Source: an uncultured Microthrixaceae bacterium (GTDB lineage: Bacteria; Actinomycetota; Acidimicrobiia; Acidimicrobiales; DATDAH01). Taken from it: 64,000 nt of DNA. The stretch is from positions 129,716-193,715 of the forward strand of contig CAWJSC010000002.1 in the NCBI GenBank assembly GCA_963845425.1, given 5' to 3'. A program made the position numbers and the translations under genes. Of the stretch, positions 47,498 through 57,634 are shown piece by piece; position 1 is the first letter of the stretch; each line of letters starts with the position of its first letter. The notes under the pieces are model-generated. The model had not been told where the DNA came from. It searched no databases and worked only from the letters and a program-made list of their open reading frames with translations.

Positions 47498-47621
47498 TTG
47501 TCAGTTTCCTCTCCCTAAAGGGGCCGTCCACCCCCGTCCGTCGAGGGCTTGCGGACCCAGTCTGCCCCGTGACCCTCTGGCTGTCCTGAGTAGGAACTAC
47601 TCAATTCCCCCGGGGAACCGC

Positions 47622-48476
47622 CTAGAAGACCTGACCGCGGGTCCGCCAGCGATGCCAGGCCGAGCTGAGGCCGATGAGCAGCAGGCTCCCGACGAGGATC
47701 ATCGTGGCCAGGACGTTGATCTGCGGGGGCAGCGCGGTCTTGGCCCCGTTGTTGACGTAGAGCGGGTAGGTGACGGTCGCGCCGGCCGTGAACAGGGTGA
47801 TGATGAAGTCGTCCAGGGACAGCGCGAACGACAGCATCGCGGCGGCCACGATCCCCGGCACGATGAGCGGGAGGGTGACGCGCAGGAACGTGCGGGTCGG
47901 GTTGGCCCCGAGGTCCATGGCCGCGTCCTCGAGGCTCCAGTCGAAGCCCCGGATCCGGGCCTTGACCGTGAGGGCCACGAAGCTGATCTGGAACATGACG
48001 TGGGCGAGCACGACGGTGCGGAAACCGAGGTTCCACCCGAAGTCCAGGAACAGGGTGAGCAGCGACGCCCCGAGGACGACCTCGGGGCTGGTCAGGGGGA
48101 CGACCAGGAACAGGTCGATGCCCCCGGCACCGCGGAACCGGTGCCGCACCAGCGCAATGGCCACCAGGGAGCCGAGGACCACGGCGATGGCCGTCGAGAC
48201 GGCCGCCACCCGGAGGCTCACCTCGAGCGCGTCGACCAGGGCCGGATACTTGAACGGGTCCTGCCAGGCGTCGAGCGAGAAGCCCTTCCACACGAAGTTG
48301 AACTTCCCGATCGGCTTGTTGAACGAGAAGGCGACGATGACCGCGACCGGCAGGAACAGGTAGAAGAGGACGAAAGCGGCGTAGGCGTTGAGGACGTACC
48401 CCCCGACCCGCCGGAGCAGTGGCGGCGGTGCGAACCCGGGGCGGATCGCCGCCTGGTGCTCGGCGGGCGCGGTCAC
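47622..48476 (-). CDS. potC: polyamine-type ABC transporter permease (PotC-like)
   Basis: 284 aa and six TM segments. The EAA-loop region DAAMDLGANPTRTF. Confidence 0.8.
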   Translation of the reverse strand: MTAPAEHQAAIRPGFAPPPLLRRVGGYVLNAYAAFVLFYLFLPVAVIVAFSFNKPIGKFNFVWKGFSLDAWQDPFKYPALVDALEVSLRVAAVSTAIAVVLGSLVAIALVRHRFRGAGGIDLFLVVPLTSPEVVLGASLLTLFLDFGWNLGFRTVVLAHVMFQISFVALTVKARIRGFDWSLEDAAMDLGANPTRTFLRVTLPLIVPGIVAAAMLSFALSLDDFIITLFTAGATVTYPLYVNNGAKTALPPQINVLATMILVGSLLLIGLSSAWHRWRTRGQVF

Positions 48477-49342
48477 ACCAGGTCCTCGGTCCCCAGGACC
48501 CGGGTGTAGACGAGGACCATCACCAGGATGATGATCATCAGCACCGCCGACAGGGCCGCGGCCAGCGGGTAGTCCTTGACCACCAGGAACTGGCTCTGGA
48601 TGACCGTGCCGACCATGGCCTGGTTGACCCCGCCCAGGTACTGGGCGTTGACGAAGTCACCCGCGGCAGGGATGAAGGTGAGCAGGCTGCCGGCGAACAC
48701 GCCGGGCAGCGACAGGGGCAGCAGGACCTTGCGGAAGGTGCGGACGCCGCTGGCGTAGAGGTCCCGGGAGGCCTCCAGGAGCCGGGGGTCGATCTTCTCG
48801 ATGCTCACGTAGATGGGCAGCACCATGAACGGCAGGAAGTTGTAGGTGAGACCGCCGATCACCGCGTACGGGGTCGACAGGATCCGTCCGTTCGTGGTGA
48901 GGCCCAGGACCTCGAACACGCTGGTGAGGAAGCTGGAGTCGGCGAAGATCGTCTTCCAGGCGAGGGTGCGGATGATGAACGTGATGAAGAAGGGCAGGAT
49001 CACCAGCCCCAGCAGCACGTTCTTCCACTTTCCCGACTTGAAGGCCAGGACGTAGGCCAGCGGGTAGGCCAGCACCAGCGCCAGCAGCGTCGCGGCGAGG
49101 GCGTACTGGAACGAGCGGATGATCTGCTCGTCGTAGGTGGTGAAGGCGTCGCCGTAGTTGCTGAACTCCCAGGAGAACTCGAGGGTCGGGTCGAAGATCG
49201 AGCCCGCGCTGGTCGACAGCGAGGTCCGCAGCAGGGCCCACAGCGGCTGGACGAAGAAGACGAAGAGGTAGGCGAGGGCGGGCAGGCTCAGCAGGTACGG
49301 CGTGACCTTGCGCCGTCTCCCCGCGGCGGCCGTGCCCGCCAT
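48473..49342 (-). CDS. potB: polyamine-type ABC transporter permease (PotB-like)
   Basis: Start trimmed to ATG 49342 (MAGTAAAGRRRK). EAA loop EASRDLYASGVRTF. 4-nt overlap with potC. Confidence 0.8.
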   Translation of the reverse strand: MAGTAAAGRRRKVTPYLLSLPALAYLFVFFVQPLWALLRTSLSTSAGSIFDPTLEFSWEFSNYGDAFTTYDEQIIRSFQYALAATLLALVLAYPLAYVLAFKSGKWKNVLLGLVILPFFITFIIRTLAWKTIFADSSFLTSVFEVLGLTTNGRILSTPYAVIGGLTYNFLPFMVLPIYVSIEKIDPRLLEASRDLYASGVRTFRKVLLPLSLPGVFAGSLLTFIPAAGDFVNAQYLGGVNQAMVGTVIQSQFLVVKDYPLAAALSAVLMIIILVMVLVYTRVLGTEDLV

Positions 49343-49379
49343 CGTCTCGCCCCTCTCCCCGTCCGGTCGCCGAGTCGGG

Positions 49380-50576
49380 CTAGGCCCGGGCCACGGCGGC
49401 GTACATCCCGGAGTACTCCTGGTCCTCCTCGTCGGTGAGAGCCCGCCAGGCGATGGCCGAGTCCCGGACCTCTGCGGAGGGGTTGACCAGCTGGTTGTCG
49501 GCCAGGGCCGGGTCCAGGGCCACCAACTCCTCACCCACGCCGACCACCGGGGAGATGAACTGGGCGCCGGCGTTGACGCGGGCGGCGTTCACAGGGTCGT
49601 AGTAGTAGTTCATCCACGCCTCGGCCCCGGTCGAGTTCCGCGTGGTGATCGGCAGGACCATGTTGTCCGACCAGGAGATCATCCCCTCGTCCGCGAGCAC
49701 GAACTCCAGGGCCGGGTTGTCCAGCTTCAGTGTGGACACGTCGCCCGAATAGGCCTGGGCGATGGCCACGTTGCCCGCCACCAGGTCGTCGCCGTAGTCG
49801 TTGCCCGTGAAGCGCCGGATCTGGCCGGCGTCCTTGGCCTCCTGGACCTTGGCCACCGCCGCTTCGATCTGCTCGGTGGTGACGTCGGCGGGCGACGCGC
49901 CTTGGGTGAGTAGGACCTGGCCGAGGCCGTCGCGCAGGTCGCTGAACAGCGTGACCTGGCCGGCGAACTCGGGGTCGAAGATGTCGTCGAGGCTGGTGAT
50001 CTCCCGCCCGGTCAGCTCGGGGTTGTAGGCGATCGAGGTGAAGCCGGAGAACCACGGGAGGCTGTAGGTCCGGTCGGGGTCGAAGGCGAGGCCTTGCAGG
50101 GACGGCGCCAGGTTGCCCTTGTTGGGGATGTTGGCGTCGTCGAGCGGCGCCAGCCAGCCCAGCCCGATGAGGCGGTTCACCAGGAAGTCGGTGACCATGA
50201 ACACGTCCGCACCGATGTCGTCGCCCCGGCTCAGGGGCTCCCGGATCCGGGCGAAGTACTCCTCGTTGTCGCTGACGTCCTCGCGGTAGTCCACGCTGAG
50301 ACCGCTCTCGGTCTCGAAGAGGCCGACGGTCTCCTCGTCGATGTAGTAGGGCCAGTTGGAGATGCGCAGGCTGTCGGCGGTGGTCGGCGTGAAGGCCGCG
50401 GCGTCGCCACCACCACCTCCACCACCCCCGTCGTCGCCGCCGCACGCGGCGAGCAGGCTCGGGCCGAGGGCCAGGCCGCCGAGGGCCAGGCCCGAGCGGC
50501 CCAGGAACCGGCGTCGCCCCATCATCGCCATCTGGCGCCGGAGCTGTTCGGGGGTGGGGTCAGTCATGGGTGTCAC
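49380..50576 (-). CDS. potD: spermidine/putrescine-type ABC substrate-binding lipoprotein (PotD/PotF family)
   Basis: Tat-like [36 protein letters not shown] family signature. The GTG at 50576 overlaps the potA stop (GTGA); a downstream ATG start is also possible. Confidence 0.75.
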   Translation of the reverse strand: MTPMTDPTPEQLRRQMAMMGRRRFLGRSGLALGGLALGPSLLAACGGDDGGGGGGGGDAAAFTPTTADSLRISNWPYYIDEETVGLFETESGLSVDYREDVSDNEEYFARIREPLSRGDDIGADVFMVTDFLVNRLIGLGWLAPLDDANIPNKGNLAPSLQGLAFDPDRTYSLPWFSGFTSIAYNPELTGREITSLDDIFDPEFAGQVTLFSDLRDGLGQVLLTQGASPADVTTEQIEAAVAKVQEAKDAGQIRRFTGNDYGDDLVAGNVAIAQAYSGDVSTLKLDNPALEFVLADEGMISWSDNMVLPITTRNSTGAEAWMNYYYDPVNAARVNAGAQFISPVVGVGEELVALDPALADNQLVNPSAEVRDSAIAWRALTDEEDQEYSGMYAAVARA

Positions 50577-51709
50577 TCCTGTTCATCGAGCTCCTCGAGC
50601 TCGTCGAGTTCTTCGAGCGCCGGCGCCTCGTCGGGCCGGCCCGGTAGGGCGGCGGCAGCCGGGGCGTCCCAACTGGCCCAGACCTCGTCGCCGGGGCGCA
50701 ACAGCGGGAGCTGCTGGTCGGGACCGATGTGGGCCAGGACCTCGTTGCCGTCTGCGGCCTCGCCGGCCAGGCGGACCACCGGGCCCTGGAACACGAGGCT
50801 GGTGACCGTGACGACCACGGCGGACTCGGGCGCCGACGCCTGGTCGGCGGCCACCCGGATCCGCTCGGGGCGGACCATCAGGGTCACGTCCCCGGCGAGC
50901 AGGCCGGTGGCCCGGGCGGGCAGCGTGGCGCCGAGCGCGGTCACGGTGACCTGGTCACCGGACTGGGCCGTCACCTCGGCGGGCCACAGGTTGGCCTGGC
51001 CGATGAACCCGGCCACGAACACCGTGGCCGGCTCGTCGTAGATGTCGGTCGGCGCCGCGATCTGCTCGACCCGCCCCTCGCTCATCACCGCGATCCGGTC
51101 GCTCATGGTGAGCGCCTCCTCCTGATCATGGGTGACGTAGACGAACGTGATGCCCACATCGCGCTGGATGCGCTTGAGCTCGAGCTGCATGGCCTGTCGG
51201 AGCTTGAGGTCGAGCGCGCCCAGTGGCTCGTCCAGCAACAGGGCGCTGGGGTAGTTGACCAGGGCCCGGGCCAGGGCCACCCGCTGCTGCTGGCCGCCGC
51301 TCAGCTGGCTGGGCTTGCGGTCGGCGAAGTCGGCCAGGCGGACGACCTCGAGCATCTCCCCCACCCGCGTGGCGGTCTCCTTCTTGTCCACCTTGGCGCT
51401 GCGGGGCCCGAAGGCGACGTTGTCGAAGATCGTCATGTGCGGGAACAGGGCGTAGTGCTGGAACACCGTGTTCACGTTGCGCCGGTACGGCGGGGTCTTG
51501 GAGACGTCCTCGCCCTCGAGGCGGATCTCCCCCGCCGTCGGCAGCTCGAAGCCGGCGATCATGCGCAGGGAGGTGGTCTTGCCACAGCCCGAGGGGCCGA
51601 GCAGGGAGAAGAACTCCCCGCGCTCGATGGCGATGTCCACGCCCTTCACCGCGATGAAGTCCCCGAAGCGCTTCTCGACCTCGACCAGCTCGATGACCGC
51701 GTCCGTCAC
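50573..51709 (-). CDS. potA: polyamine-type ABC transporter ATPase (PotA-like) with TOBE-like C-terminal domain
   Basis: [24 protein letters not shown] and LLLDEP. Acidic repeat tail [14 protein letters not shown]. Confidence 0.85.
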   Translation of the reverse strand: MTDAVIELVEVEKRFGDFIAVKGVDIAIERGEFFSLLGPSGCGKTTSLRMIAGFELPTAGEIRLEGEDVSKTPPYRRNVNTVFQHYALFPHMTIFDNVAFGPRSAKVDKKETATRVGEMLEVVRLADFADRKPSQLSGGQQQRVALARALVNYPSALLLDEPLGALDLKLRQAMQLELKRIQRDVGITFVYVTHDQEEALTMSDRIAVMSEGRVEQIAAPTDIYDEPATVFVAGFIGQANLWPAEVTAQSGDQVTVTALGATLPARATGLLAGDVTLMVRPERIRVAADQASAPESAVVVTVTSLVFQGPVVRLAGEAADGNEVLAHIGPDQQLPLLRPGDEVWASWDAPAAAALPGRPDEAPALEELDELEELDEQE

Positions 51710-51826
51710 CCTCGTCCCCCGGACCTGTTCCCTGCCGTCCCGCTGCGAATGCTGCCAGACCCTAGTCTCGCCTTCCGACCGCGGACCTACGTCCGTCCGG
51801 GGTTCACACGGCGTTCACGCCACCCG

Positions 51827-51832
51827 TAGGTT
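51827..51832 (+). promoter_or_regulatory. -10-like TAGGTT, 6 nt upstream of GTG 51839 (leaderless candidate)
   Basis: TAGGTTggcgggGTG fits TANNNT. No Shine-Dalgarno. Preceded by a direct repeat GTTCACACGG / CGTTCACGCC. Confidence 0.3.
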
Positions 51833-51838
51833 GGCGGG

Positions 51839-52267
51839 GTGAGCGACGCCGAACGCAACGAAACCACCATCGACGGGTTCTGGGACCTGCTCTACGCCAA
51901 GGACTGGGACGCGCTGGCCGCCCTGTTCGCCCCCGAGGCGGAGTACACCGACGTCCCCACCCCCGACGACGACGTGGCCCACGGGCCCGAGCAGATCATC
52001 GCCCGGCTCCGGCTCGGGCTCGATCCCGTCGAGGAGATGATCCACCACCCCCGCCACGTCCTCAGCAACGACACGCTGGTGATGACCGAGCACGCCGAGG
52101 AGTGGCGCTTCCACACCGGCGAGGTGGCCCTCGTGAAGTTCGTGTCCGTCCACGAGTTCGACGCCGTCGGCCGGATCGTGCGCTGGTGGGACTACCCCGA
52201 CCTCAACACCCTGCTCGAGCAGGCCCCCAAGTGGTGGATCGACCACATCATGGAGGGCTACCAGTGA
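51839..52267 (+). CDS. SnoaL/limonene-1,2-epoxide-hydrolase-like NTF2-fold protein
   Basis: 142 aa. IDGFWDLLYAKDWDALAALFAPEAEYTDVP is a typical SnoaL-like N-terminus. Confidence 0.7.
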   Translation: MSDAERNETTIDGFWDLLYAKDWDALAALFAPEAEYTDVPTPDDDVAHGPEQIIARLRLGLDPVEEMIHHPRHVLSNDTLVMTEHAEEWRFHTGEVALVKFVSVHEFDAVGRIVRWWDYPDLNTLLEQAPKWWIDHIMEGYQ

Positions 52268-52340
52268 CACTGCGCCGCTCCGCTCCGCCGGCTCCGCCGA
52301 TCAGGGGGGCCGTGTGAGCTGCTGCGCTCCGCTCCGCAGC
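52268..52340 (+). repeat. C-rich direct-repeat element, copy B, starting at the stop codon of the SnoaL-like gene
   Basis: TGACACTGCGCCGCTCCGCTCCGCCGGCTCCGCCGAT-N16-GAGCTGCTGCGCTCCGCTCCGCAGC. Confidence 0.85.
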
Positions 52341-52416
52341 GTCATGGCGGGCTGAAACACAGATCTCTGCGTCACTGCCTCCAGACGTCAGCGGTGCGGC
52401 GGCCCGAAACGAGCGA

Positions 52417-53661
52417 TCAGGTCAGGAAGCGGTCGGTGTAGAAGGCGAGGGACGCCTCGAGGTCCGCGGGGTCGAGGCCGAGGACGGCATAGTCATAGGC
52501 CACGCCGCCGTGGCGGCCGCGGGGGTGGTCGTCCAGGTAGGCCTGGAGCGCCGCCCGCACGCCGTCGTCCCACGGCTGGTCGGCCAGGGCGTAGATGCGC
52601 TCGACCATGGCCAGGTCGTCGGTCATGAACTCGTCGAAGCGGACGTCCAGGGTCTGGGCGTCGGGCAGCGCCGCCCGATCCCGAACGCAGTCGGTCAGCA
52701 GGTCCCGGACCCGGTCCTTCCAGTAGGCGCCCAGGACGTAGGGGTCCGGATGGGCCAGGTTCATCCGACAGGCGTAGGCCACCATCGTGGCCATCGACAG
52801 GGTCACGGCCACCGGGTCCCGGTGGGTGACGACGAAGGTGGCGTCCGGGAACACGTCGGCCAGGACCGGGAAACAGCTGAGGTGCTGGGGCGACTTGAGG
52901 ACCCACCGGTCCCCGCCCCGCTCGTGGACGAGGACCCGCAGCACGTCCTTCAGGTACCGGTAGCTCGCCGTCTGGTCGGTCGCCTTCCACCAGTCCCGGT
53001 AGCTGGGCAGCGGCACCACGCTCTCGAACAGCATGGTGTTGAGGTCCATGGCGAGGAGCTGGATCTCCTCGTGGACGTGGTCGGTGGTCATCTCGTGCAT
53101 GCGCTTGAAGTACGGCATGGCGTCGTCCATGAACCCCAGCGCCAGGTCGCAGCGCTCCCGGCGGGGATCGGGCTCCACCCCCCGCTCGTCGTCGGGCGGC
53201 ACCGGCTCCAGGGACTCCCAGTACGGCAGGGACCGCAGCGCCGGGTCGGCGGACATGAGGTTGTGCAGGTGCGTGGTCCCGGTGCGGGGCAGGCCGGCCA
53301 CGATGACCGGGGCCTCGATCTCGATGTCCCGGATCTCTGGGTGCCGGGTCAGCTCCCGCTGGACCCGGAGCCGGTTGCGCAGCAGCTGCACCAGCAGCGT
53401 GTGCTGGGACACCACACCCATCGCCGACAACTCGACGTCGGTGGTGAGGGCGCGACAGAGGACCTCGAGGGCCTCCTCGTAGTGATCGTCACCGAAGTCG
53501 TCGATCCCCTCCGCCTCGACCGCCAGGACCCGCAACGCCTCGGGCACGAAGTGCAGCTCGGCGGCCATCGGCCCCAGGAGGCCGAACGTCTCCTCGACAT
53601 GGGGCGCGAACACGGGTGCGGCGAGGTCGTCGAGGACCACATCGGCCGGGCGATCGGTCAT
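52417..53661 (-). CDS. sulfotransferase family protein
   Basis: Start trimmed to ATG 53661. The PAPS 5'-phosphosulfate-binding loop GLPRTGTTHLHNLM. VVTHRDP 3'-PB region. Confidence 0.75.
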   Translation of the reverse strand: MTDRPADVVLDDLAAPVFAPHVEETFGLLGPMAAELHFVPEALRVLAVEAEGIDDFGDDHYEEALEVLCRALTTDVELSAMGVVSQHTLLVQLLRNRLRVQRELTRHPEIRDIEIEAPVIVAGLPRTGTTHLHNLMSADPALRSLPYWESLEPVPPDDERGVEPDPRRERCDLALGFMDDAMPYFKRMHEMTTDHVHEEIQLLAMDLNTMLFESVVPLPSYRDWWKATDQTASYRYLKDVLRVLVHERGGDRWVLKSPQHLSCFPVLADVFPDATFVVTHRDPVAVTLSMATMVAYACRMNLAHPDPYVLGAYWKDRVRDLLTDCVRDRAALPDAQTLDVRFDEFMTDDLAMVERIYALADQPWDDGVRAALQAYLDDHPRGRHGGVAYDYAVLGLDPADLEASLAFYTDRFLT

Positions 53662-53696
53662 GCAGGGTCCCCCATCCACGCGATCATGGCCGACCT

Positions 53697-54605
53697 ATGC
53701 GGTTCACCCTGACCTACCCGCTCCTGCACCATCCCGCGCCGCCGGAGTTGTTCGACGGCTCGGCCGTGGCCGAGGTCGCCCGGGCGGCCGAGGCCGCCGG
53801 TTTCGACGCGCTGGCCTTCACCGAGCACCCGATGCCGTCGGACCGCTGGCTGAACGCCGGCGGTCACGACGCTCTGGACCCCTTCATCGCCCTCACCTGG
53901 GCGGCGGCGGCCACCGAGCGGCTGCGGCTGCTGACCAACATCACCGTCGTCGCCTACCGGAACCCGTTCCTGCTGGCCAAGACCGTGGCCACCCTCGACG
54001 CGTTGTCGGGGGGTCGGGTGATCCTGGGCGCCGCCGCCGGCTACCTGAAGTCGGAGTTCCGGGCCCTCGGGGTCGACTTCGACGAGCGCAACGAGCTCTT
54101 CGACGAGGCCCTCGAGGTGCTGGCGATGACCTGGTCGGGCGAGCCGGTGACCTACGAGGGCCGCCACTTCTCCGCCGCCGGCAACCAACTCGTACCGGTC
54201 CCGGTCCAGCAGCCACCCCCGATCTGGATCGGCGGCAACAGCACGGTGGCGCGACGCCGAGCCGCGGCGCACGCCCAGGGCTGGATGCCCTTCGCCAACC
54301 CGCCCGAGGCCAACCGCGTCGTGCGCACCACGTCGATCTGGACCGCGGACGACCTCGCCCCCCTGCTCGACGAGTTGACGACCTGGACCCGGGAGGCGGG
54401 TCGGGAGCCCCTCGACGTCCACTTCGGCGTGGTGGGCGGCGGCACGCCCGGCGCCCCCGACTTCGACGCCGACCACCACCGCAGCCAGGTCGAGGCGCTC
54501 GCGGCCATCGGGGTGACCTGGATCGGGGCCGGCGCGCTGGGCGAGGACCTCCGGTCCGTCCTGACCGGGATCGAGATCTACGGCCGCGAGGTCATCGGGG
54601 CCTGA
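53697..54605 (+). CDS. luciferase-like (LLM class) flavin/F420-dependent oxidoreductase
   Basis: Start trimmed to ATG 53697 (MRFTLTYP). ...LDALSGGRVILGAAAGYLKSEF...PIWIGGNS. Confidence 0.8.
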   Translation: MRFTLTYPLLHHPAPPELFDGSAVAEVARAAEAAGFDALAFTEHPMPSDRWLNAGGHDALDPFIALTWAAAATERLRLLTNITVVAYRNPFLLAKTVATLDALSGGRVILGAAAGYLKSEFRALGVDFDERNELFDEALEVLAMTWSGEPVTYEGRHFSAAGNQLVPVPVQQPPPIWIGGNSTVARRRAAAHAQGWMPFANPPEANRVVRTTSIWTADDLAPLLDELTTWTREAGREPLDVHFGVVGGGTPGAPDFDADHHRSQVEALAAIGVTWIGAGALGEDLRSVLTGIEIYGREVIGA

Positions 54606-54608
54606 GGC

Positions 54609-56936
54609 TCACTCGGCGGCGAGGCGGCGGGCGACACCGGTCCGGTACCGGCGAACCATGACCTGGGCCACCAGGTCCGCCACCACGGCGAGGAGGCCGA
54701 AGGCGGCGAGCACGGTGGACCACGGGACGACCGGCCGGTCCGCGGCCCCGACCTGGTCGGCCAGGAACCGGAACACCAGGCGCCCGACGCCGATGCCCAG
54801 GGGCACGCTCACGGCGGCGACCACGGCGACGACCACGAGGGCGTGCCCGTGCTCGACCTTCATGAGCCAGCGACGATCCGCGCCGAGCGCCCGGAGCAGC
54901 GCGACTTCGCGACCCCGGTGCTGGACCGCGACGATCATGAGGTTGGCCACGGTCACGAGCACGAGCACGCCCAGGAGGCCGGCCACGACGTCGGGAGCCG
55001 AGCGGACGCGGCGGAGGTTGCTGATGACCCCCGGTGCGTCCAGCGGGCCGAACTCGAGGCCCGTCGCCTCACCGAGCCGGGCCGCGACGGCGTCCGGATC
55101 CGCCCCCTCGCGCAACTCGATCCCCGCCGCGCTGAGCGCCCCCTCCGGCTCGAGGGCGGCGAACCCGTCGGCGGTGACCATGCCACCCTCGCCGAGGCCC
55201 TCCCCGCCCTCGATGCCGGCGATCACCGCCAGGCCGGTCACCCGCAGGCGACGCTCTCCGCCCGAGGCCTCGGCGGTGACCTCGTCGCCGACCTCCAGGC
55301 CGAGATCCTCGGCGGCCTGGCGACCGAGGACGATCTCGTCGTCCTCCACGGGGCGCGCCCCCTCGAGGACCGTGACCACGAACTCCCCCCGAACCGGCTC
55401 GTAGCCCGTCACGTCGATCGCCTCCTCACCGACGCTGACCGAGGTGTTGCCCAGGAGGGTGAGGCCCTCGACATCGGGATCCTCGAGGATCGCGACCTGG
55501 ACGTCCTCGGCGACGCGGGTGCGACCACCCTGTCCGGCGGCCAGGTCGAAGGTGAGGCCCTGGCGATCCGGGTCGTCGAGCAGATCGTCGAGGCTGGCCG
55601 AAAAGGTACCGGCGGCAACGAGCGCAGCGACGAGGGCGACCAGTCCCGCGATCGGGGTGCTGACCGAGCCCGCGTCCCGGGCTCGGCGCGCGAACGCGAA
55701 CCGCAGGCCCATGGCCGCCCAGGCGGTGCCCAGCCGTCCGGCGAGGCGGTCGGCCACCGAGCTCGGGCGGGACGGCCGCCCCCGGCTCCCGACCACGAGC
55801 ACCAGCCCGACGACGACGAGCAGCCCGGCGGCCAGGAGGACGACGGCCGGGCCGTGGATCCACGGGTCGACGTCGATGCCGGGATCGGGCTCGACCCGGG
55901 CGACGAAGCCACGCGGGAACGACCCGGAGGCCAGGACCGCCAGCCCCACGGCGCCGAAGCCCCCCACCACGGCCGGCACCGCGATCCGACCGAGGGTGTC
56001 GGTGAGGACCTGGGCTCGGGTGAGGCCCAGCGCGGACAGGGACTGGCGCTGATCGTCGGACTGCCGGACCAGCCGGACCGCCAGCTGGGTGACGATGACC
56101 AGCCCGGCCACGCCCGTGATGAGGGCGATCACGAGCAGAGCGTTCGCCTGGGTCGAGACCGCCCGGCGGAAGTCCTGCGGCACGAGATCGACCGGGACCA
56201 GGCTGAGGAGATCCCCGTCCGGGAGGTCGTCGAGCTCGGTCCTGAGCTGCGCGAGATCGGCGCCGTCCGCCAGCGCCACCAAGGACTGGGTGGCGGACAG
56301 GCCGATCGGACCCTCCTCGAGGAGGCGGAGCGGGAACACCGCGAGGGGGAACTCGTCCTGGAGCTCGGCCGCGCCACCGACGACGCCGACCAGGGTGGCT
56401 TCCAGGCTCGGGCCGTCGGGCTCGGCATCGAACCCGTTGGCCAGCGCCGCCGCCTCGGTGATGGTGACCAGCTGGAACCGGTCCCCGATCTCGGCACCGG
56501 CGACCTCGGTCCACAGCCTCGTGGCCACGAACTCGTCCGGCGCGTCCTCGGCCGGGAGGCGACCGTCGAGAACCTGGGTCCCGATGCCCCGGGGGTCACC
56601 GACGAAGGCGATGGCCTCGACCGGATCCTCCGCGCCGAGCGGGATCAGGCCGCCGAAGAAGAACGTGGCCGCGGTGACCGACTCGACCGACGGCAGCGCG
56701 GCGATGTCGTCGGTGAGCGGCGGACCCGACTCCTGTTCCATCGCGGTGTCGTAGCGAAGGCCCTCAGCTCTCTCGTAGCGGTCGGGCGCGGTAGCGGTTC
56801 GCGCTGCGCCGGCCACGAAGGTCAGCACGATCGCGCCGACGACGGCCACGCTGGCGCCCAACAGGACCGACGAGCGCCACCGCGAACGGAGCAGGCAGCG
56901 GACCCGGTACAGAACGGCTCCCACGGGGCCAGCCAA
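54609..56936 (-). CDS. FtsX-family ABC transporter permease (two FtsX modules, large extracytoplasmic loops)
   Basis: 775 aa. The TM pattern and length fit the duplicated MacB/FtsX-type permease. No ATPase gene is adjacent. Confidence 0.75.
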   Translation of the reverse strand: MAGPVGAVLYRVRCLLRSRWRSSVLLGASVAVVGAIVLTFVAGAARTATAPDRYERAEGLRYDTAMEQESGPPLTDDIAALPSVESVTAATFFFGGLIPLGAEDPVEAIAFVGDPRGIGTQVLDGRLPAEDAPDEFVATRLWTEVAGAEIGDRFQLVTITEAAALANGFDAEPDGPSLEATLVGVVGGAAELQDEFPLAVFPLRLLEEGPIGLSATQSLVALADGADLAQLRTELDDLPDGDLLSLVPVDLVPQDFRRAVSTQANALLVIALITGVAGLVIVTQLAVRLVRQSDDQRQSLSALGLTRAQVLTDTLGRIAVPAVVGGFGAVGLAVLASGSFPRGFVARVEPDPGIDVDPWIHGPAVVLLAAGLLVVVGLVLVVGSRGRPSRPSSVADRLAGRLGTAWAAMGLRFAFARRARDAGSVSTPIAGLVALVAALVAAGTFSASLDDLLDDPDRQGLTFDLAAGQGGRTRVAEDVQVAILEDPDVEGLTLLGNTSVSVGEEAIDVTGYEPVRGEFVVTVLEGARPVEDDEIVLGRQAAEDLGLEVGDEVTAEASGGERRLRVTGLAVIAGIEGGEGLGEGGMVTADGFAALEPEGALSAAGIELREGADPDAVAARLGEATGLEFGPLDAPGVISNLRRVRSAPDVVAGLLGVLVLVTVANLMIVAVQHRGREVALLRALGADRRWLMKVEHGHALVVVAVVAAVSVPLGIGVGRLVFRFLADQVGAADRPVVPWSTVLAAFGLLAVVADLVAQVMVRRYRTGVARRLAAE

Positions 56937-57077
56937 CCCCAGCGGGGCCCGAACGGCAAGGGTGCCAGCACGACGACAACGATGGGGTCAGCCCTCAGCG
57001 GCAGCCCGTGCGGTCCGACCCTGCGGGTGCGCCCTCCGTCTACTGTCCGCATCGACGACCCACCGGAGGTTCCCGCC

Positions 57078-57530
57078 ATGAGCACCACCCCACCGCCCCC
57101 GCCCGGGGCCACCCCACCACCACCACCCGGCGGCGGGTTCGCCCCGGCACCGGCCCAGGCACCGGTACCGGGCCCGGCGTTCGCCCCCGCCACGATGCCC
57201 AACGACCCGAGCTTCTGGAGGAAGCTCTTCGAGCTCGACTTCCGCCATTTCGTGACGCCCTCGGTCGTCAAGGTCCTCTACATCCTGTGGATCGTCATGG
57301 CGTCGATCTACGGGTTGATCCTGCTCATCGCCGGCCTGGCCGGCCTCGGCGACAGCGACGGCGGCTCGATCATCTTCGTGCTGCTCGCTCCCATCGGGTG
57401 GTTCCTGATGGTGGTCTACGGACGAGTCATCATCGAGGTCTTCATCGCGCTGATCCGCACGGCGCAGAACACCACGGCCCTGGTGGAGCGGCAGGGCGGC
57501 GAGCCCGGCCAGCCGCCCCGCACGTTCTGA
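57078..57530 (+). CDS. DUF4282 membrane protein with Pro-rich N-terminus
   Basis: Start trimmed to ATG 57078, with GGAGGT upstream. FWRKLFELDFRHFVTPSVVKVLYILWIV is the DUF4282 signature. Confidence 0.7.
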   Translation: MSTTPPPPPGATPPPPPGGGFAPAPAQAPVPGPAFAPATMPNDPSFWRKLFELDFRHFVTPSVVKVLYILWIVMASIYGLILLIAGLAGLGDSDGGSIIFVLLAPIGWFLMVVYGRVIIEVFIALIRTAQNTTALVERQGGEPGQPPRTF

Positions 57531-57533
57531 CCG

Positions 57534-57565
57534 AGTCGGGGACCCGCGACCGTGGGTCCCCGACT
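57534..57565 (+). terminator. hairpin AGTCGGGGACCC-N8-GGGTCCCCGACT
   Basis: Perfect 12-bp stem, 4 nt after the DUF4282 stop. No clear U-tract. Confidence 0.6.
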
Positions 57566-57634
57566 GGGGGCAGCCCTCCGGCGTGGGCCTAAGCTGGCGC
57601 GGACTGGAACGCGTTCTACTTCGGGGGAATCGCC

